Assembly (NCBI GenBank): GCA_964187785.1
Contig: OZ076413.1
Location: 45,634,001 to 45,698,000, forward strand
Origin: Amphiscolops sp. MND2022
Lineage: Eukaryota
Direction of reading: 5' to 3'
DNA length: 64,000 nt
Made by a program: the position numbers and the translations under genes. The notes under the pieces were generated by a model. It saw nothing but the letters and a program-made list of their open reading frames with translations. It was not told the origin of the DNA and did no database searches. Of the stretch, positions 50,162-61,335 are shown piece by piece; the stretch's first letter is position 1; each line of letters starts with the position of its first letter.

Positions 50162-51567
50162 TGTTTTATACAGGCGTACCGGCGTACAGGCGTACAGGCA
50201 AAGGAAACGTGTTAAAATGTTTCTTTGTTGCCTGTCGTCTTGGACAGCCAGTCCGATTTAAAATCAACCAATCAGAAGCGAGCATTTCTCATTATAATGT
50301 GCTGCGAATGCTTCATTTAAAGGCCGTACTCGGCCTTTCAGCTAACTGGAGCGACCAACTAAGGCAGTGGGACGTCCAGACCTGAATTGAATTAAAGTGA
50401 AAACAGCCCAAATTAATGATTGAACGCGGCCCTTATGGCTTATTGGTAGTAGTTGTACATGGTTATTTGTGCATGAGATCATTGCTGGAAATTATGTACT
50501 TTGTATGAAATTGGACATGCTGTCCTTTCTCACCTTTTTTCCATATGTGCCAATCTTAAACAAGCTTGACCTAGATGGAACAATATAGTCTTTGTGTCAA
50601 ACCAAGATGCATTGAAACATGTAGTTAGTTGAAAGTTGTTGATGCATATATACATTTGGAAATGTAATATTTCTGATGAATCCATCAAGGCGGTTTAAAC
50701 AAACTTTGCCGCTAAGCCTTGATGACTATATTTTGAAAAGTTTTCATGATGATACTATTATTAGATTGGAGAATTTCGCCACCAGGTATTTGTAGTAACA
50801 CGATGTACTAACTGTTGCAATTTTTAGAATCGGTTATCAAAAATAACTCTAAGATCCCCTATGTTTTGAATGTCATGCATGAACCTAGTATAAATACCCA
50901 AGACTCCTAGTCCCGGGGACGAGAATACAAATTGATACACCTCAAAACAGTTTATACAAGTTCTGATATACAAGCCAAAGTTAATTATCATCTTTCTTCT
51001 TGTAACAATTTCTTATGCCTTGCACTAGAAGACAAATGGCGAAAACTAGAAAGTCAAAAGTGATGGACATGATGTCCGACTTTGAAAGTAGGGACATAAT
51101 ACTTGGAAATGAAAATACCAATCCTATTGAACGTGAACTATCTGTTGTTATTGGGAACTCAGAAAACCATTGTGACATTGAGTCAATATCACAGTTTAGA
51201 GAAAATCATCCTTAGGGAAATGGAGGTAGAATTCCAAGACAGGATAGGTTGCAGGAAACAATGGAAACTTTTCCTAGTGAGTTTAATTTGAGCCTTCCTC
51301 AGGATATGGACTCTATGATGTCTTTGATGCACTCCCAGATTAATAGAGCAATAAGTTCAGCCAAAACTGAAAGAGTTATACCAGAGATCCAGAACATTGT
51401 GAGCTCAACGTCCTCTTCACGGAACCGGGATGCTGAGTCCGGTTTGTTTTTGTCTCCGAATAGTCAGGAGACTAGAGAAGACACAAATGGTTTTTAATCT
51501 AGAAGTACAAAAAAGGACTGCAGGTCTGCTATCGATTCAAGAGACAACAGGGACCGTAGTCCTTACA
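50162..51567 (+). repeat. 3' LTR (~1.4 kb) including a second copy of the Gag N-terminal ORF
   Basis: TG...CCTTACA; 9-bp 'caggcgtac'-like unit x3 at the start; ORFs 51015-51497 match 36995-37453. Confidence 0.93.
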
Positions 51568-53756
51568 ACTAGAAAAGTATGCCAGTTAGATCGTTTTGAT
51601 CTAACCGATTTTGATCTTTTACTGTAACAAGTAACTAAGTAACGGGTACCTGACTCACATTCTCAGGACCACCGCTCAGAAAGCCTCTAAGAACGTGACG
51701 AGATCAAACAGTATAATATTCCAATTCGTCATGGTGACCAGCAGCACAAAGCTTAAATTCGCTTGAGTAGCCACAAATCACCACAACGCCATTACGAATA
51801 ACGATTATCTCGACAATCATATGAAAAAAACCAATAGCCTGCAAGCTGGTGCTTCACAGGCACGAATAGGTATCTTAGGCAGAAAGATTTTAAAAGGCAG
51901 TATCTTAGGCAGTTTTTAAAATGAAGAAATTACTACATTGTAGCATCGTGCTAAAATCTCGAAACGGCAATTTTAGAATTTTAATCGAGTCCTTTTCAAA
52001 ATTTTCGAGCACTCTTTGTCTCTTTCTGGTTTTGACTTCACCTTCTGTGCCACCGGAAGTTTTGTCTTAGAATTTTTCAAAAACGTTTTTGAGTTTGTGC
52101 ATCACCATCATCATCGGGTATGTACATCAAAGGGTGCCGTTATTTCGTTTGGTTTTCTAGCGTCCACAAGCTACGTGACCAAACAAATCCCAGCTCTAGC
52201 ATATGCTCCTTTTGCTGCAGGTTACATCTAGAACAGTTTTTATGGCGACCAAGGAATGATATTTTTTTGTGCGTGTGTGAAAGTTTGAGATTTCCTACTT
52301 TCTGGCCCTATAAAGACCGAATCGTGTAAAAACGTTTGGGAGAATCCTGAATTGTTTTTATTATTTTCCGTGATAATGTCCGGCCTTCGTCTAGTGGAAA
52401 ATTTGTCTGTTTTACATATTTACCAGGTCTGGAAAAAAATTTTATAGCGTAAAAGAGACGTTTCATAGCGAAGTATCTTTTTGGTTACACCTGTTGAAAA
52501 TCCCCATCCGACTCAATCGAATATTTGTCCGGAAGTTTCGATTCAGCCATTAGGTAATGTAGTGATCTATCAAGACGTTTGATGCGAGTCCCTACTGGCT
52601 CGGACAAGTTCACGAGCATGGCACGAACTGTAACGGAACCCTCCGGTACAGCAAATTTAGCCGATTTTGAAATTTTGACATGTTCAGGAATTTGGTCAAA
52701 AAGTCTAATCCGATGTGTGATGTGGCACTGAGCATGTGATTGCTCTTTTCGCTGTTTTCGCTATTTCCAAGACGAGAGCAGACCGAGCGGGAAGAAAACG
52801 GAGAACGAAACAGCCTGAGAGCTTAGAGAACTCTAAAAAAGTCTCTTTTTGAGGTGATAACCCCGGTTTCTATCGATATTAGCATTATGCTACCCTGAGT
52901 GGCGAAAACTGAAATGAGTCTTTTGGCTAAATTATCCTCGTTTGGTACTTGGAGCCCCTGCGCCCCAGCTTGAAGCTGTGTGGATTGCCAGCTTGATGTG
53001 TGCTTTGATGAATTTTCACTGGTTGTAGCTGTATTTACTAACTCGAGCGCTAGTTTGTCAATTTTAGACACTAATTGAATTTTAGATATTATTCTGATAA
53101 CACCCTGAAGATGGAAATTTACACTGTTTATCCTTGGCATTGTTTGTTGGTCCGAGGCGAAGGTCCGAGACGGATGCCCGTTATTCTCAGCACTTGCAGA
53201 ATGGAACAGGACGGAGAGCATCCTTTAGGACGGTTCCCTCCTCGGGACCGGCAACCCTTAGGAAGTAAAATGAGCTGGTGTCATGGTGGTTTGTCCCGGA
53301 CTATATCCATGATATCAGTTCCTCCACCACCCTATTGTCGCGTAACAAACGCTCAGCGTTTGCCGTTTCAAACATTACATCTTTGTTTGCCCTTGACTTG
53401 TCTGGAAACCCCGGAAACAGCTTGGTCACCTAGTTCCCCTTTTTGTTTTCAAGTCCAAGACGCCATTTTCGAGGCCTACCCTCTAAAGGATTAATTAAAA
53501 CAAAACCCACTGGTTTTCTAGAGCTCCCAGTATTGGATAAACCTAAAGCTCCCTTTTGCTAGTCCCGTGTTTTTGTTTTTTCATGATATATAGCTCATCG
53601 ATTAAGATATGGCCAGAAGCTACAAAACATCAGTAATTCAGTTGAGACTACTTCACAAGTGATCGATCCATCAACCACCACTTTTTAAGCGCAAAATTAT
53701 TTACCACTCTAAAGGACATTCGCAGTTTATGTTTTGTTTTTCGCAGTCGAATTTGG

Positions 53757-56700
53757 TTAATGTTGATTTGAGATCGTTTCGTTTGTGAAGAAAAAGAGAC
53801 TGTCCGTTATCAGTGAAGTGAAAGGACCTAGAAAAAATCCACTGTGCACTTTTTTCAAGATATAAAAGCAGACTAGTAAGGCAGAAAGTAGATACATACG
53901 GTGGATTCAAAATAGCATGAGAACGAATAACAAAAAATAATTAGTTTCACTTACATGAACTACTGTTTTTTCCCAAAGGAAACGAATCTGATCAACCAAT
54001 GCTCATCATTGCGTATGCTTGATCAAGTTAATGTAACGTAATTTTGACACAAACCGTCCCCATACCTCTAGTGGGCTAAATACAGGACCGAAGCGAAAAG
54101 GAGCGACGTGCCACTACTGGTTCAGCGGCTGGTTTTGATGAAGGCCTACATGCAGAAGCTCGAAGCGCCCAGGAAGGAAAAAGGCCGAACCATACAACCG
54201 GTTTCGCTGAAGAAATAATAAATTCATGATGAAGGAAAAAAATAAAATTTTATTTCATGTCATTCGCTCTTATGCTGTTTGGTACGTAATTAATCCTTAC
54301 CAAGTTGTTTGCCAAAAATTTGAATTTCACAGAACTGCAACTTGTCATACGCATGAATTAGTCGCACCCGATTTCCTTCTATGAATCCCCCAGTGCAATA
54401 GAGCGTCACCCACTTCCCTGGATCTGTCTTGTAAACCACTCCACATGGCAAGCAATTGGTTTCGTCAGGAGTGGTGCACACAAACACAAGTACACCTTCC
54501 AGAGTATTTGCTGAAAAACATTTTTTAAAGAAAAAACAAGACGGGAACAAGTCGGCGCCATATCTAAGGCTCAAAAATATTCAATGAACAACTATTGGAA
54601 ACATTTGGAAAAGTTTTTTTTCAAAAAAAGTATTTTTGGAAAAAAAATTCAAAAAAAGTTTTTTTAAAAAAGTCGCACAATGCCGAAAAACTCAAAAGAG
54701 GCCATTCAGGCTCATTCAACGTTTTCTACAAACCGAAAACTTCAAAAAATGCAAGGGGGTACCCTTTGATAAAATTCGAAAAATTTCGAAAAAAGTCGCA
54801 TAGTGCCGAAAAAAAACCCAAAGGGGGGACCCTTTGATCTCACCTGTACTTTTGGAAGCATTAAAAAATTTATGGTTTAGTGCGAGAATCGAACCCACGC
54901 TCTCCGGCTTGGTCGAAGATGGAAGATGAACAAAATGAAAGATGAACAAATTGTAAGAAAAGTGGACCACTCAGAGTGAGATTGTCAACTGAAAAAAACA
55001 AACAAAAAAATACTCACTGTAAGAGTCGGGCTTTTTTCCTTAAGGGAAAAGGCGCCGACTAAAAAAACTACCCACTGTAATAGTCGGGCTTTTTTCCTTA
55101 AGGGAAAAGGCGCCGACTAACAAGCAGGGCGCAAGGTTTCGAACTTCGTCTTTTGACTGAAATTGCGTTGCTTTGCTTATTGAGTTTTGCTAACAGTACT
55201 ATCTCACATAGAGCATAATACGTAAGAAGGTTCCAGAAGGTGCACAAAAGCAAATTTTTCAACATGCATTCTGTTTCTCTCTACAGGCATGCATAAAATG
55301 GTCCAACGCAGGCAATGAAATCGGGATTCATTCAATTTTCTCCTACACGTTATAAAAAGAAAATTTTCATCTGTTGAGTTATAGTAAATTACTTTTTGAA
55401 ACTACTAAACCACTCTTTTTCACTCTATTTTGATGATTTCTTATAAGTTGATACAATCAGCTAATAATTTATGCTAGTTTTTTAAATATATTCAACATAA
55501 TTTTCGCAGCTCTAAGATAGTGCCGAAATTGGGTATGATTACTTTCAGCAGTGTTGAGTATCTTGACATGTGTAACAATGGACCATGGGATATAGAAGTG
55601 GGCCCATCCATTGACTGGCTTCTCGGCAACAAAACAGTGGAAGTTGTCGGTGTTGAAGTAATTGTCGATTGCGTTTGAAATGAAATGCCTCTGAGTGATG
55701 ATATTGTTGTCATCTAGTTGCCTATCTCCGATTGCCAGATATACGTGCGACTCCCGAACCGCTTCATTGATCAATACTAGAACAGAGTTTTAGAATTGTC
55801 TGTCACCAGAAACAATTTGTCTGAACAGAAACAAAATTGTGTGTCGCAATTGCTGGAAAGTTCAGATATCATTGAATTGCGGAGCAACATTACGATACAT
55901 GTCCCGCAAAAGTGGAAAGTGATCACTTGGTGTAAATAGTATTTTGGGTAAAATAGTCAATTACTGTAAATTGGTCAAAGACTGTAGTAATCCACTCGTG
56001 TAGTGGTGCAGCACAGTGTAATATGAACGCGGTGAATTCCAGTCAAAATGCGTAGTTAGTAAATAGTGTAAAACAGTCAAAATTTACAAGCTAATTTAGT
56101 AAGGTGTAATTCAGTCAAAGTTTGATTAAAATCCACTTTTAATGAGGTATTCATTTACTAAACTACTGAAAAGTGTGAAGTAGTCAAAGTTTGACTAGTT
56201 TACGGCAATCTAATAATTGCTTCAAACACATAAATTTACATTGGATAGTTGCTTGGAGTTTAATTACTTTGACTAAATTACGCATTAACTTTGACTGAAT
56301 TACGCGATTAACCAATTGACGCATACGTACATTAACACATACATACATACACCAAAGTTTACATTGGATGACACATGCATGCAAAAGAATTCTAATCATT
56401 TAGTTAGTTAACTAATTAAGTCAATTTAGAGTTTAATGATTTGAACTAATTGCTCACTGATCATGCCAGTAAGCAAAACTTTTAAATAGAAACTTTATGA
56501 TTTGAATTCGTGATTGAATTCAAATCACTCAGAATCCAATACTAGTCATCATTGAATCAATACGGAATAACGGAAACATCTAGCAAGTGAAATTGATCAG
56601 TCAATTAGTTAATTTTAGTCATTCAGTGTAACTAATTATGACTTGGTGTAATAGGAGAAAAGTGTAAAACAGTCAACATCATAATAACTCACTGTGATTG

Positions 56701-58040
56701 GTTATTAATGCAAGTCGCAAGATCTGGAAACTTGCTTGCGGGGATATGTATCGTAATGAAAAATAATGGACGAAACCTGGGGACGTTTGGAAAGTTTCAA
56801 CAACCGGAAGTTACTACCATTAGTTATTTTTTTTGTCGAACTGAAACAGATGAAAACATTTTGTTCAGATCCAGTTTTCCAAGTTTTGGTTGTTTACTAT
56901 TTCATTATTCGTCGGCCCTTTTTTCAAAAAAGAGCAGACTCTTAAAGTTACTAGTTTTTTTCTTCAGCGCACTTCGAAACATAAATTTTTGAGAACAGTT
57001 TTCTTCATAGGTTCAGGACGCCAGTATTTAGCATGCGAATTTGGGGGCAGGAGTTTGTGGGTTTGCAAAAATAGACACGATCAACTGGTCCCGTATTTGG
57101 TTTTTTGGAACTGTGCCATTCGTTTTCCAAAAAAACGTTTCATTTCATCAACGGGCTCGCTATATATTTTTATCTCGGAATTAGCTTTTTCAGTTGAATT
57201 TCATTTTAACGATTCATCGCAACAATTTGTTCAAGATCATTTTTCTTCGGTGCGGTGAACGAATGTGATGCCGATTAATCGATTAACCGGTTATTTTAAA
57301 TGATTAACCGAATAAGCTAAACTTTAACAGTTATCTAGACTTTACTCTGCCAACGGTTTAACTGCTCTAAAATCAGCACATTCATCTGCCGTATAATTTT
57401 CCAAAGTCCTTTGCGAAGTATTTCAATATAGTTAGGAAATCTCCTCCGCCTAATCAATTCAATTGATATTCAATTCCTCCAAAGAATAGTAAACAGTTAT
57501 AACCTTTCCCGTACGCCTCTATTTGACATGGTTTATTGCCACTGAGTCCAACTGTTACTTTGATTTGATCGGTTTCAAAAGTTGTGTCCAAGCAAGACAC
57601 TGATGTGATATAGCCTGCCCTCGATTCATCGTATTCGTATCCACACAACACACAGTCTTTCTCGCGTTTCAAACAAAGCTCAACTTTGATTTTCTCGGGA
57701 GGAATTTCTTGGAAAGTTTCAACATCAAAATAATAGATGAGCGCAACTCCGGTGGCGATTCTTAAGTTCACGTATTCTACCAGAGACCTGGGGATGTCGA
57801 GAAACAATGGGCCCGTTTGCCACTTCTCAGTGTGGGGGCAATCGAAAATTGAATATTCTTCATCATAGAGTGTGGAAAACACGCAGTCATCACAGCCACC
57901 TTGCGCCCTCTGAATGACAATTTTTTCCACATCTCCTTCAAAAAAGACTTTTAAAATCACCGAACCATATATGAATTCGCTTTAATATACAAGAGTTGAA
58001 AACCATTACCTGTAATATTGAAACTCTCGTTTTCTTCTTT
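53757..58040 (-). CDS. 3' part of a host multi-exon gene with F-type-lectin-like (galactose-binding fold) domains; exons 58040-58010, 57979-57504, 55776-55543, 54510-54301, and tentatively 53987-53955, 53827-53757
   Basis: GT-AG sites in compatible phases; 'SNAIDNYFNTDNFHCF..W....V..V.I.N' plus 'LEGV.V.V...C...G.RVR...LQFCEIQIFG'; an upstream domain ends 'CQIEAYG'; RRKR in the first visible exon; 5' exons not located. Confidence 0.75.
54095..54150 (+). repeat. Short dispersed repeat, also at ~63135-63185
   Basis: 'gtgccactact(g/a)gt(t/c)cagcggctggtttt...gaaggc' at both sites. Confidence 0.7.
54535..55120 (-). mobile_element. HINE-like element copy D, inside a host intron, with a duplicated terminus
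   Basis: 'aacaag..aagtcggcgccatatctaaggctcaa' at one end; 'cactgtaa(g/t)agtcgggcttttttccttaagggaaaaggcgccgactaa' twice at the other. Confidence 0.75.
55930..56700. repeat. Degenerate short-period repeat (gtgtaa...cagtcaa), orientation switching near 56190; related tracts at ~58420-58550 and ~59120-59310
   Basis: Recurrent 'agtcaa' / 'ttgact' and 'gtgtaa' motifs. Confidence 0.5.
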
Positions 58041-59974
58041 CTGAAATTCAGCACAAATGATAAATACTGCAAAGTATTATACAATTTTTGTACACTTTTG
58101 GTTGGTCGGCGATATTAATACCTGGAAATTTTCCTTTTCACCAATGCAGCAAAGACGACCTATTGTCAAGGTATTTTGCGCTCGTATCCATCAATTTTTT
58201 CTGAACTATGAAACCGAGTCTTCTCAAATAAACCTTCCATGCGACAGTATTTGTAATATTAGTGAGAGCAAAATTTTGGAAAATAGGAAAATGGTTAGTG
58301 ACTCTAATGACGATATTGCTGCATCTGTTTTGAAGTCCTCAGAAAAAACATTACGATACATGAGACGCAAAATTGAATTTTTATCATCAGGTGTAATATG
58401 TTTTCGGTGTAAAATAATCTCGAACCGTATTTTAGTCAAGGGGTGTAACGCGTATTGGCTATTTTATCGCGTATTTCAGTCAAGCAGTGTAATGCAGAAT
58501 CACGAATTTCAGTCATTAAGTGTAATTCGAAAAAAGTGTATTTCAGTCAAGAAATTGCGACCCTAGTCTAACCTGCCGCAGAGTTTTCCATGTGGCATCC
58601 ATGCATGCATTCTAAATTTTGATAAACGTAGAAAATACTGAAGGCACGCATGGAGAAATTTAGAAGGATTTTAATGCAGCTTTTACTATTTTGAATAAAA
58701 CTGAAAACAATTCCATTTTTTCATCGCCGCGATCATTTTGTTTTAACGCGTAGGTTTCCGAAGTAAATATTTTATGTAATCTCCGTTAGTCAAACAGCAC
58801 GCTGAATATGACGCTACTTTGAAACTTATAGCGTGACTGAAGCGTATTTGCATTGAAATTGCGTTAAACTTATTGAAGTCACATCTGCTTTCAAAATTAG
58901 AATGGAATACTAATGAAACTGGCAAGACTTCGTGTCTCGGAATTGCCGCCAAATTTAATATTCATTTAATCATTTTAGAGGCAGCTTGATAAAATTAATT
59001 TGAATCAGTGAAATTTTTTTGCAGGGATTTCTCCTTGAGAATTTTATAAAATCTTAAAAAATTAGCTTGGTAACCTACAAAAACTTGTGAAAAGTTCAAG
59101 CAGTTTCAACCAGGGTATCCATATCAGTCATGTGTAAAATCAGTCAAACTCTTACTAGAAAAAATGTATACCAGAATCAAGTGAATTTCAATCAAATACC
59201 GTATTGATGAGCGAAGTGGAAATTAGTCAAAGGTCGTAATTGAATTTCGTGTAAAGGAATCAAACCACGAAATATAATCACTTGGTGAAACGATTAATCA
59301 AATAGTGTAATGAGTATCAAAACATAATAAGTATTTGAAATAATAACGCGTTGTTATTGGCTATTCATAGAAGTAGCAAGATCTTGCTAGTTCGATTCGG
59401 CTCATGTATCGTATTGAAGTATCATTGGCAATCCCAACTTTACGTCATGTTTCTATCAAACGTGCGCAAAAGCTATTGTTTTTGATAACTGGTAGTATCA
59501 CCAGTTCTTGAGAGTGAGGACTTAATGTAGAATAAAGAAACAGGATCTTTCTTGTTAACTCCACACCAACACCAACATCCCCACCCCCACAAACAAAACC
59601 CAAACTCCCACATCCACCCCCACTCCCACCAATTTTGTAACTTCCCCCTCCTAAATAAGTGGTCAAAGGAGATTATCATTGAGTTGATAGTAACAACCGA
59701 TCAATATTCAGGATTCGTTAATTCCAACAGCAACTCAAATGGATTGCGTGAACGCGGGGAGTTTTTTGCCCAATCACTTTTTTGGTTAATTGAAACATTT
59801 AATTTTGTCTGATTTCAGTTTTCGGACTTAATTCACAAGCTGTTCCGATTCGGGTTAACTGGATATTCTTGAGTTCTCATTCTCATTCATTTCCAGAAAG
59901 GTTTGTTGTTAGACTAACCTTCTCTAGGGGTAGAAAAATTTAGATTTTAAATATGAGTTTGGTGTAAATACTTT

Positions 59975-60430
59975 TTAGTCAGCGCTTCATGAAGTGAGAC
60001 GCGACTTTTATAGTGATTCTTTTTTTCAATCCACACGAACTGACCAACTTAGTTAGTGAAAGTTCTACGAAATTGTATGGCCATTTGGCGAACTGATGCA
60101 AAAAGGTTTTTCTTTTTTTTTCCGCGTAACATATAATACCGGGCGAGACTAAAAGGCCCCCTTTCAGTTTTTTGGCATTGTGAGACTTTCTTTTGGAAAT
60201 GTTTTTTTTTCTCGTCGAAGGATCCGATCCCCCCTTCAATTTTTTGATGTTTTGCAACAATTCATGTTAAAATATCCGTAAGAATCCCCTTTTAGCGGGC
60301 CCCCGGCGAGCAAATTCGATCCAACTTTTGGGTTTTTCAGGTACTGTGTAAAAGAATTCTTGACTTTGAAGTCATTTTGCTATTTTTGAGACTTAGATAT
60401 GGGGCCGTCTTATGCCGTTCCAGACATGTT
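59975..60430 (+). mobile_element. HINE-like element copy E
   Basis: Starts 'ttagtcagcgc...cgcgact'; ends 'tttgagacttagatatggggccgtcttatgccgttccagacatgtt', the reverse complement of the A/D end. Confidence 0.7.
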
Positions 60431-61189
60431 TCAGCAATTCTGATTGCATCGTTATTACATCCAGGTTGATGAAAAAATTTCCAGATGATTTATTTATTTT
60501 CTGATTTGTCGTCATTTCATATAAGCAGCTCACTGCATTTGCAATTTATTTTTTCAAGAGAAATTCAAAAAACTAACTTCGAGGAAACTCTCTAGCGCGA
60601 AGTTGGTGGCAACTCCTACGCATATCAAGATCACGACGGAGAGAAGTGAGATTTTGAGAAAAAAATTCCGTTCATTTGCTTCAGACTTGTCCAGCTCAGA
60701 AGTAGCCATTTCAGACAGCGTGAAAAGTCTGAAAAAAACAGCCGTTCTTGGTATGTTACATTTGTTAGTTCCTATTTTGTTTACAGAACAAAATTCGCTA
60801 TAATTTTCGGTCCATATATATGTTTCATATATGGGAAAGGAAACTTATTTCAGCGAACGTTTTTTTTCCAATGTATACCATAGTCTACTTTTATACTCAA
60901 ACCAGAGAGTTTGTTCCACAGAATCAATAGCCTAAAAACACAGGGTTGCAGCATTTGTGTCTATGCCGAGAAAAAAGATTTGTTTGTTGAAAGTTTGTTG
61001 AAATTTCTGACTAGTTATCTGGGATAGAAACCAGAGGCAATATTAACAATATTACGAGCGAAAATTAATTTTGATCGCCAGGACCTCAGGCAATAGTGAA
61101 AATCGAGTGTAACAGGCTGTAGCCGGTCATTCAGTTGGACTGGCTAAACTCCAACATTATATATTTAGATGATATTCCAGCGATCTGAA

Positions 61190-61335
61190 GGCATTCTAAT
61201 GATTTTTAGACGTTATTCCGGTGGTTTCAGGCGCAATTCTTGTGATTTTCAGATGTTATTCCAGGAGTTTTAGATTTTATTCTAGCGCTTTTTAGACATG
61301 ACTTTAGAGGTTCTAGATTGTTTTCTAGTGGTTGT
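61190..61335. repeat. Degenerate ~21-bp tandem repeat ('tttagacgttattccag'-like); similar motifs at 160-400 and 980-1040
   Basis: Periodic agacgtt/agatgtt motifs. Confidence 0.55.

Larger units (their letters stand above)
36168..51567 (+). mobile_element. ~15.4 kb decayed Ty3/Gypsy LTR retrotransposon with ~6 kb of cargo
   Basis: Long direct repeats ending CCTTACA, TGG-PBS, PPT, gag-PR-RT-RH-IN order; candidate TSD 'actag' (36163-36167 / 51568-51572). Confidence 0.93.

Noticed and set aside
36168..51567. DIRS/Ngaro tyrosine-recombinase element
   Set aside because: Direct LTRs, PBS/PPT, aspartic protease and DDE integrase are present; no YR motif was recognised
52629..53657. Possible solo LTR (TGTAAC...TCACA) and overlapping ORFs 52823- and 53075+
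   Set aside because: No TSD, no second copy in the window, and the ORFs have no recognisable motifs
54873..54915. tRNA gene or tRNA-derived SINE (B-box-like ggttcgatt on minus)
   Set aside because: No cloverleaf or A box; lies within a HINE interior
59445..59812. Gly-, Trp- or His/Pro-rich ORFs
   Set aside because: All arise from one C/A-rich low-complexity tract; no convincing splice sites or frame preference
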